A stretch of DNA of 64,000 nt from an uncultured Gemmatimonadaceae bacterium (GCA_963761305.1 CAVXGK010000002.1:2272001-2336000), one strand, 5' to 3'. Shown: positions 11,428-25,179, numbered from the stretch's first letter. Numbers and translations: made by a program. The notes: generated from the letters alone by a model not told the origin.

Positions 11428-13401
11428 ATGCTGGTCTATCTTGCGCTCGCCCTGCAAATGCAGGCTGATCCTTCGCTCCAACCGCGGTTGGAGGGCGTGC
11501 CCGTCGCATCCAACGCGATCACCGACGCCGCCGGATTCGCCGTGCTCGACTTCCTCGGCAACTGGCGCACCGCCTGGCTGGGGAGCGTCGACTGGCGCGG
11601 ATTGAACAGCACCGACATTCGCTTGCGCGACGACCACTGCCATTGGGACGGGAGCTACAGCCCGACCCACTCGCGCGGCTATTGGCGCCCGCCCAACCTC
11701 ATCCATCGCTCCAGCCGGCGCTCGATGTGCCCCGACTGGTTCCCGGCCGACGAGCACGCGCCCGACGGCGACGAAGGTGTTGGGCGCGACACGCCGCTCT
11801 CACCCGAATGGCGCGACCGCGTTCACGAACAGCGCGCCTCGCTCCTCGATTCAATGGCCAGGTTGGCCTCGCTCAAGCCGGGCGATGCCTGGATCACCGG
11901 CGAGCGCGTGCGTTTTCTCGTCGACCAAGGCGAGGTCCGCCACGCACTCGAGGTGGCGCGCAACTGCACGGCCGAGCGCGACTGGTGCCTGGAGCTCGAG
12001 GGCTACGCGCTCGACGCCGGCGGCGAATACACGCGCGCCGACTCGGCGTACGACGCGGCGGGTGCGGCGATGACACCCGACAAGCGATGCAAATGGGTCA
12101 GCGTTCAGCTCCTGCTCGACGACAAGGGGCAGTCGGCCTACGACCACATGAACTGCGACGAGCGCGCGGCCGCCAATCAGAAGTTCTGGTGGCTCACGAC
12201 CCCGCTCTTCTCCGAGGCATCGGCCGACCGGCGGAGCGCCGACTTCACTCGCAAGGTGCTGATTCAACTCCACTCCGCCCTTCCCTGGGACGAACGCTTC
12301 GACTGGCGCGATCGATTCGGCGGCGAAGCAGTGGGCGAGATGCTCGTTCGTTACGGGTGGCCGGCGTACTCCGTATTCAGCGGCAACCAGGAGGAAGCGA
12401 GCCACGCGAGCTGGATGGGATTCTACGACAGCACGCGTACGGCGACCCTCGAATACCCGATGGACCGTCTGCACCTCGTTCCGCAGTGGGCGGCGGTGGC
12501 CGATCCCTTCCACGCGACGGCCGACGCGTGGCAGATCAACATGCCCGCGTTGAACGGCGACGACGAGCCGGCGGCGCAATGGTGGCCCGCCGAGCACTAC
12601 GCGCGAGCCGCTGGCCCGATCATCCAGCTCACCGATCAGACGGTTCTGCTGCGCCGCGACACCACGGTGATTCTCGCCACGGCGTCGGCGCTCCACACGC
12701 CACGCACCGAGATTCACGCCGACACGGCGTCGGCGGTGCTCATTCGGACGACCGGGCCGCACGACATCCAACGCTGGACGCATCAGACATTCACAAACGC
12801 CAATGCCATCGTCGTGACGGCCAACGTTCCGTCGAAACCGGCGATCGTCGGTACCGAGCTGCCGGGCGCGGGGAAAGGTGGCGTCTCGGCGCGGACGCGC
12901 TTCGGGATCACGCCGCCGCTCCCGCTCGTGACGCTTCGCCCCGGCGAAGCCGCGATCTCGGATCCGGTGTTGATCGAGACGAGCGACGCTCCGCCGCCGG
13001 GCCCCGACGAGGCGCTGCGGTACATGCTCGGCTCGACGAGCGTGCGCGGCGCCAAGGTCGGCGTGTACTGGGAGACGTACGGCTACGCGGCCGGCGACTC
13101 GGTGGACGTGGCGGTCGTCATCTCGCGGCACGAACCGATCAGCAAAGTGCGGCGGCTGGGGATGCTGCTGCACGTCGCCCACGACCTCAATGGCCAGGTG
13201 GCCGTTCGCTGGGGCGAGCCCACGCCGGGTCACAGCTCGTGGACCGTGCCGGGCGTCGTGCCGATTCAGGCGCGCAGCATTCGCCTCGACCTGTCGCGCA
13301 TCGAACCGGGACACTACACCGTGCAAGTGCTCGTCGGAAAACACGGCAGCACGACGCCGCCGCTCACCTCGAAGCGGGATTTCGTGTTCGAAGGAACGTG
13401 A
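11428..13401 (+). CDS. Hypothetical exported protein, GWxTD-domain-like
   Basis: Hydrophobic N-terminus, TPR-like segment, KFWW..DRR...GEMLVRYGWP reminiscent of GWxTD proteins, beta-rich C-terminus (IEPGHYTVQV); start uncertain. Confidence 0.6.
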   Translation: MLVYLALALQMQADPSLQPRLEGVPVASNAITDAAGFAVLDFLGNWRTAWLGSVDWRGLNSTDIRLRDDHCHWDGSYSPTHSRGYWRPPNLIHRSSRRSMCPDWFPADEHAPDGDEGVGRDTPLSPEWRDRVHEQRASLLDSMARLASLKPGDAWITGERVRFLVDQGEVRHALEVARNCTAERDWCLELEGYALDAGGEYTRADSAYDAAGAAMTPDKRCKWVSVQLLLDDKGQSAYDHMNCDERAAANQKFWWLTTPLFSEASADRRSADFTRKVLIQLHSALPWDERFDWRDRFGGEAVGEMLVRYGWPAYSVFSGNQEEASHASWMGFYDSTRTATLEYPMDRLHLVPQWAAVADPFHATADAWQINMPALNGDDEPAAQWWPAEHYARAAGPIIQLTDQTVLLRRDTTVILATASALHTPRTEIHADTASAVLIRTTGPHDIQRWTHQTFTNANAIVVTANVPSKPAIVGTELPGAGKGGVSARTRFGITPPLPLVTLRPGEAAISDPVLIETSDAPPPGPDEALRYMLGSTSVRGAKVGVYWETYGYAAGDSVDVAVVISRHEPISKVRRLGMLLHVAHDLNGQVAVRWGEPTPGHSSWTVPGVVPIQARSIRLDLSRIEPGHYTVQVLVGKHGSTTPPLTSKRDFVFEGT

Positions 13402-13440
13402 CTGAACCCGCGGCCGAGCGGATTGGTCGCTGCGCGGCGA

Positions 13441-14337
13441 TCAGCGCGTTTCGCTGACCAGGCGCAGTTGCGTGCCCCACGGGTCACGCACGGCCGCGGT
13501 CACGCCGTTTCGTTCGACGCTGAAGCCGGCGCGCTCGAGACTCGCCGCCGCGTCGGAGACGTCGCGCGCCGTCGGCACGACGACCTCCCACTCGAGGAGC
13601 TTGGCGTCGTCGTCGCTCGCGATGGGAGACGACGCCGCCCACGTGTTCGTGCCGAGGTGATGATGGTAGCCGCCGGCCGACATGAAGAGCGCGCCGGGGT
13701 AGTTCCACACGACTTTGTCGAAGCCAAGCGCGTCGTGATAGAACGCGGCGGCCTGGTCGATGTCGCGCACATAGAGATGGATGTGGCCGATGACCGTCCC
13801 GGCCGGCGCGCCGGTCCACGGCTCGCTTCCGCCGGCGGCGACGAGATCGTCGGCGTCGAGCGGGATGGTGGTCATCGTGAGCTGTCGCGCTTCGTGCCGC
13901 CACGCGCTGCGAGGACGGTCGGCGTAGACCTCGATGCCGATGCCGTCGGGGTCGCTGAGGTAGATCGCTTCGCTCACGAAGTGATCCGACATGCCGGCCC
14001 GCGCGCCGAGGTCGGAGAGATGCTTCAGGAATCGCCCGAGCGCCGGGCGGTTCGGGAGCAGGATGGCGAAATGATACAGTCCGATGCGCCCGCGACGTTC
14101 CACCGAGTGCACGCCGGGTTTCTCGTGGAGCTCCAGCAGGACCGTGTCGTCGCCGTGCGGTCCGAGTCGCGCGACGTTCGCCTCTCGGTCGAGGACGCGA
14201 AATCCAATGACGGTCTCGTAATATGCGATCGAGCGATCGAGGTCCGAGACCTGGATACGGACGCGCCCGACGTGCGTCGCTGGAGGAAGCCGATAGTCCT
14301 TGGGGGCGAGCCCGTAGTCCGGCGGCGCGTCGCTCAC
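13441..14337 (-). CDS. VOC family protein (catechol 2,3-dioxygenase CatE-like)
   Basis: GLYHFAILLP, SDHFVSEAIYLSDPDGIGIEVYAD, GHIHL, GGYHHHLGTNTW; GTG start overlaps upstream stop. Confidence 0.88.
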   Translation of the reverse strand: MSDAPPDYGLAPKDYRLPPATHVGRVRIQVSDLDRSIAYYETVIGFRVLDREANVARLGPHGDDTVLLELHEKPGVHSVERRGRIGLYHFAILLPNRPALGRFLKHLSDLGARAGMSDHFVSEAIYLSDPDGIGIEVYADRPRSAWRHEARQLTMTTIPLDADDLVAAGGSEPWTGAPAGTVIGHIHLYVRDIDQAAAFYHDALGFDKVVWNYPGALFMSAGGYHHHLGTNTWAASSPIASDDDAKLLEWEVVVPTARDVSDAAASLERAGFSVERNGVTAAVRDPWGTQLRLVSETR

Positions 14338-15266
14338 GGATGGGCCGCGAGGAAGGCGAGAATGAGCGAGTCGGTTCGCGGCGCCTGCTCGAGAATCGGC
14401 AGGTGCGCCGCGCCCTCGATGGCGTGGAACTCGGCCCTTGGAATGGCGCGTCGCACCGAGACGTTCGCCTCGAACGGCACGGTGCGGTCGGCCACGCCCC
14501 AGAGAAGCAGCGTCGGCACGCCGGTGGCGCCGACGGCGCGGTAGACCGAATCCATGCTCGTTCCCGCGATGCTGCGCCGCGTCGAGAGCAGCGCGCGACC
14601 AAAACCGCGGAACTGCATCTGGACGCGATACCGATTCGCCCAATCGGGGAATCGGTCGGGGTGCAGGAGGTCACCGAACTGCCCCTCGGCCATGTGAGGC
14701 ACGGCCATGGTCTGCCACACGTAGTCGCCGACGAGCGGAATGGACAGCAAGCCGCCGGGCCCAGTGCCGTTCCCGGTGACGGGATCGACGAGGGTCAGCG
14801 TGCGGACCCGCTCGGGGTGACGGCTGACGAACGTCGCTGTGACCCAACCGCCCATCGACACGCCGGCGACGTCGGCGCGCGGCGCGTGGAGCGAGTCGAG
14901 CAATTCACGAAGCTGTCGCTCGTAAAGATCGGCGGTGTACGGAAGCGACGGCCGGTCGGACCAGCCGCGGCCATACTCGTCGTACCGAATGACCCGGTTG
15001 CCCGCCGCGGAGAGCGCCGCGGCCGTTGAATCCCAGATGTAGTACGGCACCGAGAAGCCGTGGACGAGAACGATCGTACGCCCCGAGTCCGGTCCGGACA
15101 CGTCGTAGTGCGTGACCCCGTCCGAGAGCCGGATGAACTTTCCGGGCGCCGTCCGCCGCGCGGCCTCGTCGATCGTGTGCCGCTCCGGATTGCGCAGCAT
15201 CTCGAAGCCGGTCGCCCCGACGACGAGCGCTCCGAGCACCACGCCGGCGGCCATCAACGCTTTCAT
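14334..15266 (-). CDS. Alpha/beta hydrolase
   Basis: LVHGF, GRGWSD, GVSMGG nucleophile elbow, D and GAAH catalytic residues; N-terminal anchor. Confidence 0.9.
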   Translation of the reverse strand: MKALMAAGVVLGALVVGATGFEMLRNPERHTIDEAARRTAPGKFIRLSDGVTHYDVSGPDSGRTIVLVHGFSVPYYIWDSTAAALSAAGNRVIRYDEYGRGWSDRPSLPYTADLYERQLRELLDSLHAPRADVAGVSMGGWVTATFVSRHPERVRTLTLVDPVTGNGTGPGGLLSIPLVGDYVWQTMAVPHMAEGQFGDLLHPDRFPDWANRYRVQMQFRGFGRALLSTRRSIAGTSMDSVYRAVGATGVPTLLLWGVADRTVPFEANVSVRRAIPRAEFHAIEGAAHLPILEQAPRTDSLILAFLAAHP

Positions 15267-15288
15267 ATCCGATCACTCATAAGACATC

Positions 15289-17457
15289 CTACATCCCGTC
15301 GTCGGTGAGCCCGCGGTACGCCAGCAGCGGCTCCACGCGCGGCTCGCGGCCCAGGAAGGCGCGATACAGCTCGGCCGGGTCGGCCGTATTGCCGCGCGAG
15401 AGCACCATCTCGCGAAACCGCTGTCCCGCCTCGCGTGAGAAGCCGCCGTGCTCGCGGAACCAGGCGTACGCGTCGTGATCGAGCACCTCGGCCCACAGAT
15501 ACGCGTAGTAACCGGCCCCGTAGCCGCCGTTCCACGCGTGGGCGAAATACGTCGAGTGGTAGCGCGGCGGAATCTCGGCGACCGACAGGCCGTGCTTTCG
15601 CAGCACGTCGGACTCGAACGCGTCGATGTCGGCGACGCGTTCTCCGGGCCGGCGCGTGTGCCATTCCATGTCGAGCAGCGCCGCCGATACGTACTCGGTG
15701 AGCGCGAATCCCTGGTTGAACGTGCGCGACCGCTTGATGCGATCGACGAGCGCCGCCGGCATCGGCTCGCCCGTGCGATGGTGGCGCGCGTAGCGCGCGA
15801 ACACGGTCTCGTCGAGCGCCCAGTGCTCGTTGAACTGCGACGGGAACTCGACGAAATCGCGCGGAACGTTCGCGCCCGAGAGCATCGGATATTCGACGTC
15901 CGAGAGCATGCCGTGCAGCGCATGGCCGAACTCGTGGAACAGCGTGCCGACTTCGTCGAAGCTGAGCAGCGCGGGCTGTCCGGGCGCCGGCTTGGCGAAG
16001 TTGGTGACGTTGTACACGATCGCGTGCGAACCGAGCAGCCGAGATTGGTCCGCGAACTGATCCATCCACGCGCCGCCGATTTTGTTGTCGCGCTTGAAGA
16101 AGTCTCCATAGAAGAGCGCGATCGACGACCCGTCGGCGTCGAGCACCTCGAAGACGCGCACCTCGGGATGGTACACCGGAATCCCGCTCCGCTCGACGAG
16201 CTGGATTCCGTACAACTGGCTCGCGGCGAAGAACACGCCGTCGCGCAGCACACGGTCGAGCTCGAAGTACGGCTTGATCTCCGACTCGTCGAGATCGTAC
16301 TCGGCCTTGCGAAGACGTTCAGCGTACAGTTGCCAGTCCCACGGCGCGAGCACGAACCGCTCCTCCGAAGTATCGACGATCGACTGCAGCCGCGCGGCGT
16401 CGCGGCGGGCCTTGGCGGCGGCGGGCGCGCCGACCTGGTGCAGAAGACGAGTCGCGGCGTCCGGTGTCTTGGCCATCTGATCGTCGAGCACGTAGTCCGC
16501 CACCGTCGCGTAGCCCAGCAGCGACGCGCGCTCCGCTCTCAGCTCGGCGAGCCGCAGCACGATGGCGCGCGTATCGAACGGACCGTCGCGATCCGAACGA
16601 TGAACCGACGCCTCGAACAGCCGGCAGCGAAGCGCACGATCCTTCAGGAACGCGAGCGCCGGCTGCTGCGTCGTGTTCTGAATCCCCAGCACCCATTGGC
16701 CGGGCGTGCCGCGTTCCGCCGCGAGCTCGGCCGCCGATGCGACGTCTTCGTCGCTCAGGCCGTCGAGCCGCGCGACGTCGTCGACCGTGATCGATGCCGC
16801 CTTGTTCGCTTCGAGCAGCCGATTCTGGAATTCGGTGGCGAGCGTCGCCTCCTCGCGGTTCAACTCGCGCAGGCGCGTCTTGTCGGCGGCGCCGAGCCGC
16901 GCGCCGGCTCGCACGAAGTCGAGATGGTAACGCTCGACGAGGCGATGTTGCTCCGGCGTGAGGTCGAGCGCGTCGCGCCGCTCATGCACGTCGCGCACGC
17001 GGGCGAAGAGCGCGTCGTCGAGATAGATCGCGTCGGAGTGCGCGGCGAGCTTTGGGGCTTGCTCTGTCTGGATCGCCTGCAGCTCGTCGTTCGTGTTGGC
17101 CGCCGTGATGGCGGAAAACACTCGCAGCACGCGGGTCAACAGCTGGCCCGACCGTTCGAGCGCCGCCAGCGTGTTGTCGAACGTCGGCGCCTCGTTCTGC
17201 GCGGTGATCTGTCTGACCTCGCACAGGTGACGATACATGCCCTCTTCGATCGCCGGTGCGTAGTCCTCGTCGCGAATCAGATCGAAACGCGGCGCGCCGA
17301 ACGGCAGCGGGCTCGGCGTCGCGAACGGATTGGCGTCCGAGAAGCGTTCTCGATGGGTCCGTGATGGCGGCGCCGGCGACGGAGGAGAGTCCGCGGCCGA
17401 CTGCTCACCGCGCTCTCTCTCGTCCAGGCGCGGCTCAGACGCCGCGCGGCTCGCCAC
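15289..17457 (-). CDS. dcp: M3 family peptidyl-dipeptidase Dcp
   Basis: FHEFGHALHG, DFVEFPSQ, GYYAYLWAEVL; exact start uncertain. Confidence 0.92.
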   Translation of the reverse strand: MASRAASEPRLDERERGEQSAADSPPSPAPPSRTHRERFSDANPFATPSPLPFGAPRFDLIRDEDYAPAIEEGMYRHLCEVRQITAQNEAPTFDNTLAALERSGQLLTRVLRVFSAITAANTNDELQAIQTEQAPKLAAHSDAIYLDDALFARVRDVHERRDALDLTPEQHRLVERYHLDFVRAGARLGAADKTRLRELNREEATLATEFQNRLLEANKAASITVDDVARLDGLSDEDVASAAELAAERGTPGQWVLGIQNTTQQPALAFLKDRALRCRLFEASVHRSDRDGPFDTRAIVLRLAELRAERASLLGYATVADYVLDDQMAKTPDAATRLLHQVGAPAAAKARRDAARLQSIVDTSEERFVLAPWDWQLYAERLRKAEYDLDESEIKPYFELDRVLRDGVFFAASQLYGIQLVERSGIPVYHPEVRVFEVLDADGSSIALFYGDFFKRDNKIGGAWMDQFADQSRLLGSHAIVYNVTNFAKPAPGQPALLSFDEVGTLFHEFGHALHGMLSDVEYPMLSGANVPRDFVEFPSQFNEHWALDETVFARYARHHRTGEPMPAALVDRIKRSRTFNQGFALTEYVSAALLDMEWHTRRPGERVADIDAFESDVLRKHGLSVAEIPPRYHSTYFAHAWNGGYGAGYYAYLWAEVLDHDAYAWFREHGGFSREAGQRFREMVLSRGNTADPAELYRAFLGREPRVEPLLAYRGLTDDGM

Positions 17458-17677
17458 GACTGAGAGAGAGAAGTTCCTTGCCGATCGCGACGTGCACCGC
17501 GATGAGCGAGATCACCACCAGACCCACCGAGATCCAGGCGACCGCGGACAGGGCCTGCGTCATCCCGCCGGTCGGCGTGTGACGGGTGATGTACACGATG
17601 AACGCATAGAGCGCGACAAAGCCCGCACAGGCGCCAAAAGCGCCGAGTCCGGCGAGCCTCGCGAATTTCGTCGGCAT
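17435..17677 (-). CDS. Small two-TM membrane protein
   Basis: MPTKFARLAGLG..., two hydrophobic helices, co-oriented between pdp and dcp. Confidence 0.65.
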   Translation of the reverse strand: MPTKFARLAGLGAFGACAGFVALYAFIVYITRHTPTGGMTQALSAVAWISVGLVVISLIAVHVAIGKELLSLSRGEPRGV

Positions 17678-17747
17678 CAAGGCATCTGGTTGAAGGATTC
17701 GAAACATCTCCGACACGTCGGCGCGACGCAACTCGGCCGTAACCGGC

Positions 17748-19082
17748 TCAGCCTGAGCGGTACAGTTCGACTCCCGCCGTCGTCACGCGGTGCGAGATGA
17801 GCGGCAGAGGCGGCTCGGCCTCGTCGGCGATGACGATCGCGCCGCCGAGCGTCTCTCGCCCGGAGTCGATGCCGGCACGATCGCGGGCAAAGATGGTGGC
17901 CAGCGGGTCGCCGGCCTCGACCCAATCGCCTGGCCGGGCGGTGATGACGAACCCAACCGTAGGATCGATTCCGTCGTCGACGCGCGTGCGTCCGCCGCCG
18001 AGTCGCGTGAGTCCCCGTCCGATCGCGCGCGGCTCGACGTTGGCCACGAGTCCGCGCCGCCGCGCCGTGAAGATCTCGCATTCGACCGCCTGCGGCAGCA
18101 CCGCGGGGTCGTCCACCACCGACGGGTTTCCGCCCTGCGCCTCGATGATCCGCTGAAACATCTCCGCCGCGCGCCCGGTGCCGATGGCCTTCTCCAACTC
18201 GCGACGCGCGGCATCCAGGTCGGTCGCGACGCCGGCGAGCACGAGCATCTCGGCACCCAGCGCGTACGTGAGCGACATGAGATCGGGCGGCCCTTCGCCT
18301 TTGAGCGCCGCGATCGCTTCTTCGATCTCGAGCGCGTTCCCGCAGGCCCGGCCCAGAGGCCGGTCCATCGCCGTGACGAGCGCGACGCACTCGCAATTCC
18401 GGTCCTCGGCGAGCTTGATCATGACGTCGGCCAGCTCGAGGACGTCGTCGATGTCGGGGAGGAACGCTCCGCTGCCGCGCTTGAGGTCGAGCACGAGGCC
18501 CGTGAGATCCTCCGCGAGCTTCTTGCTCATGATGCTCGAGGCCATGAGCGGGATCGACTCGACGGTGGCCGTCGCGTCGCGCAGAGCGTACATACGGCGA
18601 TCGGCCGGCGCGATCTCCGCCGTCTGTCCGATCATCGCGCAGCCGATGTCGGCGAGCTGTTTGCGCGTTTCGGCCAACGTGAGGTTGGTCCGGAACCCGG
18701 GAATCGATTCGAGTTTGTCGAGCGTACCGCCTGTGTGACCGAGCGAGCGCCCCGACATCATCGGCACGACGACGCCCGCCGACGCGACGAGCGGCGCGAG
18801 AACGATCGACACTTTGTCGCCGACGCCGCCGGTCGAGTGTTTGTCGGCGCGCGGACGGCCGAGGTACGCGAGGTCGAGACGCTCGCCGCTGGCGATCATG
18901 GCGTCGGTGAGCGCGGCCGTTTCGGCGCGATCCAGGCCGTTGAGAAAACACGCCATGAGCAACGCCGACATCTGGTAGTCGGGCACGTCGCCGCGCGCGT
19001 AGTCGGCGGCGAGCGACCGCCACTCGGCGGGGGCGATGCGGCCGCCGTCTCGCTTCCGTTCGATCAGCTCGCGCGCGAGCAT
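17748..19082 (-). CDS. pdp: Thymidine/pyrimidine-nucleoside phosphorylase
   Basis: DKHSTGGVGDK, SGRSLGHTGGTLDKLE, YALRD, SIMSKK. Confidence 0.93.
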   Translation of the reverse strand: MLARELIERKRDGGRIAPAEWRSLAADYARGDVPDYQMSALLMACFLNGLDRAETAALTDAMIASGERLDLAYLGRPRADKHSTGGVGDKVSIVLAPLVASAGVVVPMMSGRSLGHTGGTLDKLESIPGFRTNLTLAETRKQLADIGCAMIGQTAEIAPADRRMYALRDATATVESIPLMASSIMSKKLAEDLTGLVLDLKRGSGAFLPDIDDVLELADVMIKLAEDRNCECVALVTAMDRPLGRACGNALEIEEAIAALKGEGPPDLMSLTYALGAEMLVLAGVATDLDAARRELEKAIGTGRAAEMFQRIIEAQGGNPSVVDDPAVLPQAVECEIFTARRRGLVANVEPRAIGRGLTRLGGGRTRVDDGIDPTVGFVITARPGDWVEAGDPLATIFARDRAGIDSGRETLGGAIVIADEAEPPLPLISHRVTTAGVELYRSG

Positions 19083-19133
19083 TCAGCTGGACGCCGACGG
19101 GGCGGGACGTGATCCACCGAGAGGCCTGACGTC

Positions 19134-19904
19134 ATGTATGGTTTCAGTTCTCGAATTCTGGTGATGGGCGTGCTGTTGGGCGCGGGCCGCGTCGCCCACG
19201 GTCAATCCGCCGAGGCGCTCGTCGCCCAGGGCAACAAGGACCACGACGCCCGCAACGCGACAGCCGCGCTCAAAGACTACGAGGCGGCGCTTGCCGTCGA
19301 CCCCAACGACTATCTCGCGTTGACCAAGTCCTCATACGAGGCCGTGGCTCTCGGCGAATTCGAGCCGAACGCCGACCGTCGCACCGCGCTGTACCGAAGC
19401 GCAGAACAGTACGCGCGTCGCGCGGTGGCGGCAAATCCGCGCGACGCCGAAGGACACTTTCAACTCGCCGAGGCGTTGGGTCGGAACGCGCTCTCGATGG
19501 GCGTGCGAGACCGCGTCAAGCTGGCGGGCGAGATCAGAAGCGAAGCGCTGGCCGCGTTGGCGATCGACCCGAAGCACCCCGGGGCGCTGCACGTGATGGG
19601 CGTGTGGAACGCCGAGATCATGCGCGTGAACGGCCTGTCACGCGCCTTCGCGCGCCATTTCCTCGGCGGGCAGATCTTCGACGCCGCGAATTGGGACGAC
19701 GCGCAGAAGTACCTGGAGCAGGCGGTGGCGTACGATTCGACGCGAATCGTACACCGCCTGGACCTAGCCGCGGTGTATGCCGATCGCGATCAGCGCGCGA
19801 AAGCGATCGAGCAGTACGAGTGGATCGCTCGCGCGCCGGTCGTCGACTACAACGACCCGAACTACAAGAACGAGGCGAAGCGGCGCCTCACGGACTTGCG
19901 CTGA
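19134..19904 (+). CDS. Exported TPR protein
   Basis: Signal peptide ending AHG; TPR-like helices (ALAVDPND, AVAANPRD, ALAIDPKH). Confidence 0.8.
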   Translation: MYGFSSRILVMGVLLGAGRVAHGQSAEALVAQGNKDHDARNATAALKDYEAALAVDPNDYLALTKSSYEAVALGEFEPNADRRTALYRSAEQYARRAVAANPRDAEGHFQLAEALGRNALSMGVRDRVKLAGEIRSEALAALAIDPKHPGALHVMGVWNAEIMRVNGLSRAFARHFLGGQIFDAANWDDAQKYLEQAVAYDSTRIVHRLDLAAVYADRDQRAKAIEQYEWIARAPVVDYNDPNYKNEAKRRLTDLR

Positions 19905-20212
19905 CGGCGGGCCTCGTCGCCCAGGTCGCCCCACATCTCACGGCCGCGGCGAGCGAGCCGCCGCGAATGGCGGGAGAGCAGGCGTCGCGTCTCTTCCCCG
20001 CTCTGTGGCGCGACGAGGAGGGTGGCGGCGACGCCGAGCAGAGCGCCAACGGCGATCCCGGCGATCAGAATGAGCGTGCCACTCGGCCGTTCGCGTTCGA
20101 TCGGCGAGCGGTAGGAAGGGGACGCAAGTGAGCCACTGTCAGAGGGTTCCGTCAACAGGGAGCCGTTGGCTCGGATGCGTGCGCGGCGGAGCACTGGGCC
20201 GGCGAATGACAT
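19862..20212 (-). CDS. YtxH-domain protein
   Basis: GIAVGALLGVAATLLVAPQSGEETRRLL matches the YtxH pattern; start uncertain. Confidence 0.75.
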   Translation of the reverse strand: MSFAGPVLRRARIRANGSLLTEPSDSGSLASPSYRSPIERERPSGTLILIAGIAVGALLGVAATLLVAPQSGEETRRLLSRHSRRLARRGREMWGDLGDEARRQRKSVRRRFASFL

Positions 20213-20333
20213 GGTCGCACACTCCACGGTTCGAAGTGGTAAGGAAATTGCGGCTTGAGCAGTTCACAACGATCTTCTTTTTCGCGCCTGAAACGAAACT
20301 TCGCGACGCGGCGTCGACGGCCCGAGGGAACGC

Positions 20334-20729
20334 ATGACCGCTAACGGCAAAACCGTTCTTCTGGTCGAAGACAACGAAGACAACCGCATCGTTTATTCCA
20401 CGATCCTCCGCCACTTCGGCTTCTCGGTCACCGAGGCGCTGAACGGGGAAGAGGGGATCGCGAAAGCGCGCACCGAACGCCCCGATCTCATCCTGATGGA
20501 CATCTCGATCCCCGTGATCGACGGATGGGAGGCGACGCAGGTGCTCAAGCACGATCCGGACACGCGAAACATTCCGATCATCGCGCTCACGGCCCACGCG
20601 CTCGCCTCCGACCGCGAGAAAGCGATGGAAGTGGGGTGCGACGGCTACCTGGCCAAACCATGCGAGCCTCGCGCCGTGGTGGCCGAGGTGCAGCGCTTTC
20701 TGGGGAAAACGGATGGACGCCCGGCGTGA
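20334..20729 (+). CDS. Single-domain response regulator (DivK-like)
   Basis: VEDN, PDLILMD, DGWEAT, IPIIALTAHA, GCDGYLAKP. Confidence 0.92.
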   Translation: MTANGKTVLLVEDNEDNRIVYSTILRHFGFSVTEALNGEEGIAKARTERPDLILMDISIPVIDGWEATQVLKHDPDTRNIPIIALTAHALASDREKAMEVGCDGYLAKPCEPRAVVAEVQRFLGKTDGRPA

Positions 20730-21697
20730 GAGTGATCATTCCCGCATTCTGATCGTCGATGACAACCCTGACAGCCTCGAGATTCTGCGCGCACGGCTGG
20801 AGTCGTGGGGCTATCGGATCGATACCGCGAACGACGGCGAGGATGCGCTGAACCAGATCGAGGCCGCACCACCGGACCTCATTCTGCTCGACATCATGAT
20901 GCCGCGGATCGACGGCATGGAGGTCGCGCGCCGCGTGAAGGGCAACGCGGCCCTGCCCTTCATTCCGATCATCATGGAGACCGCGCTCGCGACGACCGAA
21001 TCCAAGGTCGAGGGGCTCGACTCCGGCGCCGACGACTACATCACCAAGCCGATCGACTTCCAGGAGCTCAAAGCGCGCGTCAACTCGATGCTGCGCATCA
21101 AGAGGCTGCAGGCGGAGCTCGAAGACCGCGAGCGGGAGCTGATCAGCGCCAACGAGCAGTTGCTCCACATGAGTCAGACCGACGCGTTGACGGGACTCGA
21201 CAACCGACGCCAGCTCGAGCGGCGCCTCGACGAGTTGTTCGGCCATGCCCGGCGCTTCAAGGAGCCCGTGGCCTGCGTCATCTGCGACCTCGATCGGTTC
21301 AAGACGGTGAACGACACGCACGGGCACCAGGCCGGCGACGAAGTCCTCAAACAGCTCGCGGCGATTCTTCTCCGCGAAGCGCGGTCGATCGACCGTGTGG
21401 GGCGGTACGGTGGCGAAGAGTTCATGTTCCTCTTGCCCGGGGCGGGAATGGAGGCCGCCGGGCGCTTTGCCGAGCGGGTGCGTAAACAGGTCGAGGCGAA
21501 TACATTCACCTTCAACGGGACCTCGATCCGCCGCACGGCGAGTTTCGGGGTTTCCGCGTGGCCACATACGCACATCAGCACGACCGAGGTGCTCGTGCGG
21601 ACGGCCGATGAAGCGTTGTATGTCGCCAAGGAAACCGGCCGCAACCGCGTCGTACAATTCGACAGCGACGCGTTCAATGCGCACATCTCGGGGGACG

Positions 21698-24584
<2,887 letters not shown>

Positions 24585-24615
24585 ACTATGGAAGCTCGGG
24601 GGGGGGGAGAGTTAC

Positions 24616-25173
24616 ATGGCAGATTCGATGGACTTGAACGGCAACGGCCTGGTCGCGATCACACGCGACTCTTTCTCGGCGCTGCGCGCCGCGTTGTTTC
24701 GCGAGGTTGGTCCGAACGCCGCAGCGCTGTTGCAGGAAGCGGGATTCGCCGGCGGTCCGGCGCTCTACGCGGCCTTCGGCCGGTGGTTGTCGTCGCGACG
24801 GCTGCCGGCGCCCGAGTCGTTGGCGGCCGACGAGTTCGCGACGCGAGCGTCGGAATTCTTCCACGACGCGGGATGGGGGTCGGTGGCGATCGGCGAGCTG
24901 GCGTCGGTGATGACGATCGACTCGGAGAACTGGGCCGAGGGTGACCCGGAACATCCGCTCGACTTTCCCGGCTGCTATTACACCGCCGGCGCGTTCGCCG
25001 AGTTCTTCGGGCGGGTGGCCGGAGAACCCGTGGCCGTGATGGAGGTCGAGTGCCGGTCGATGGGTGCGGAGCGGTGTCGCTTTTTGGTGGGCGGCACAGA
25101 GACGATGCAGCGCGTGTACGACGCCATGGGCGAAGGGGTCGCCTACGATCAGGCGGTCACCGCCGACGCCTGA
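24616..25173 (+). CDS. Stand-alone V4R-domain protein
   Basis: AGWG, GCYYTAG, EVECRSMGAERCRF V4R cysteine pattern. Confidence 0.82.
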   Translation: MADSMDLNGNGLVAITRDSFSALRAALFREVGPNAAALLQEAGFAGGPALYAAFGRWLSSRRLPAPESLAADEFATRASEFFHDAGWGSVAIGELASVMTIDSENWAEGDPEHPLDFPGCYYTAGAFAEFFGRVAGEPVAVMEVECRSMGAERCRFLVGGTETMQRVYDAMGEGVAYDQAVTADA

Positions 25174-25179
25174 CCGCGC

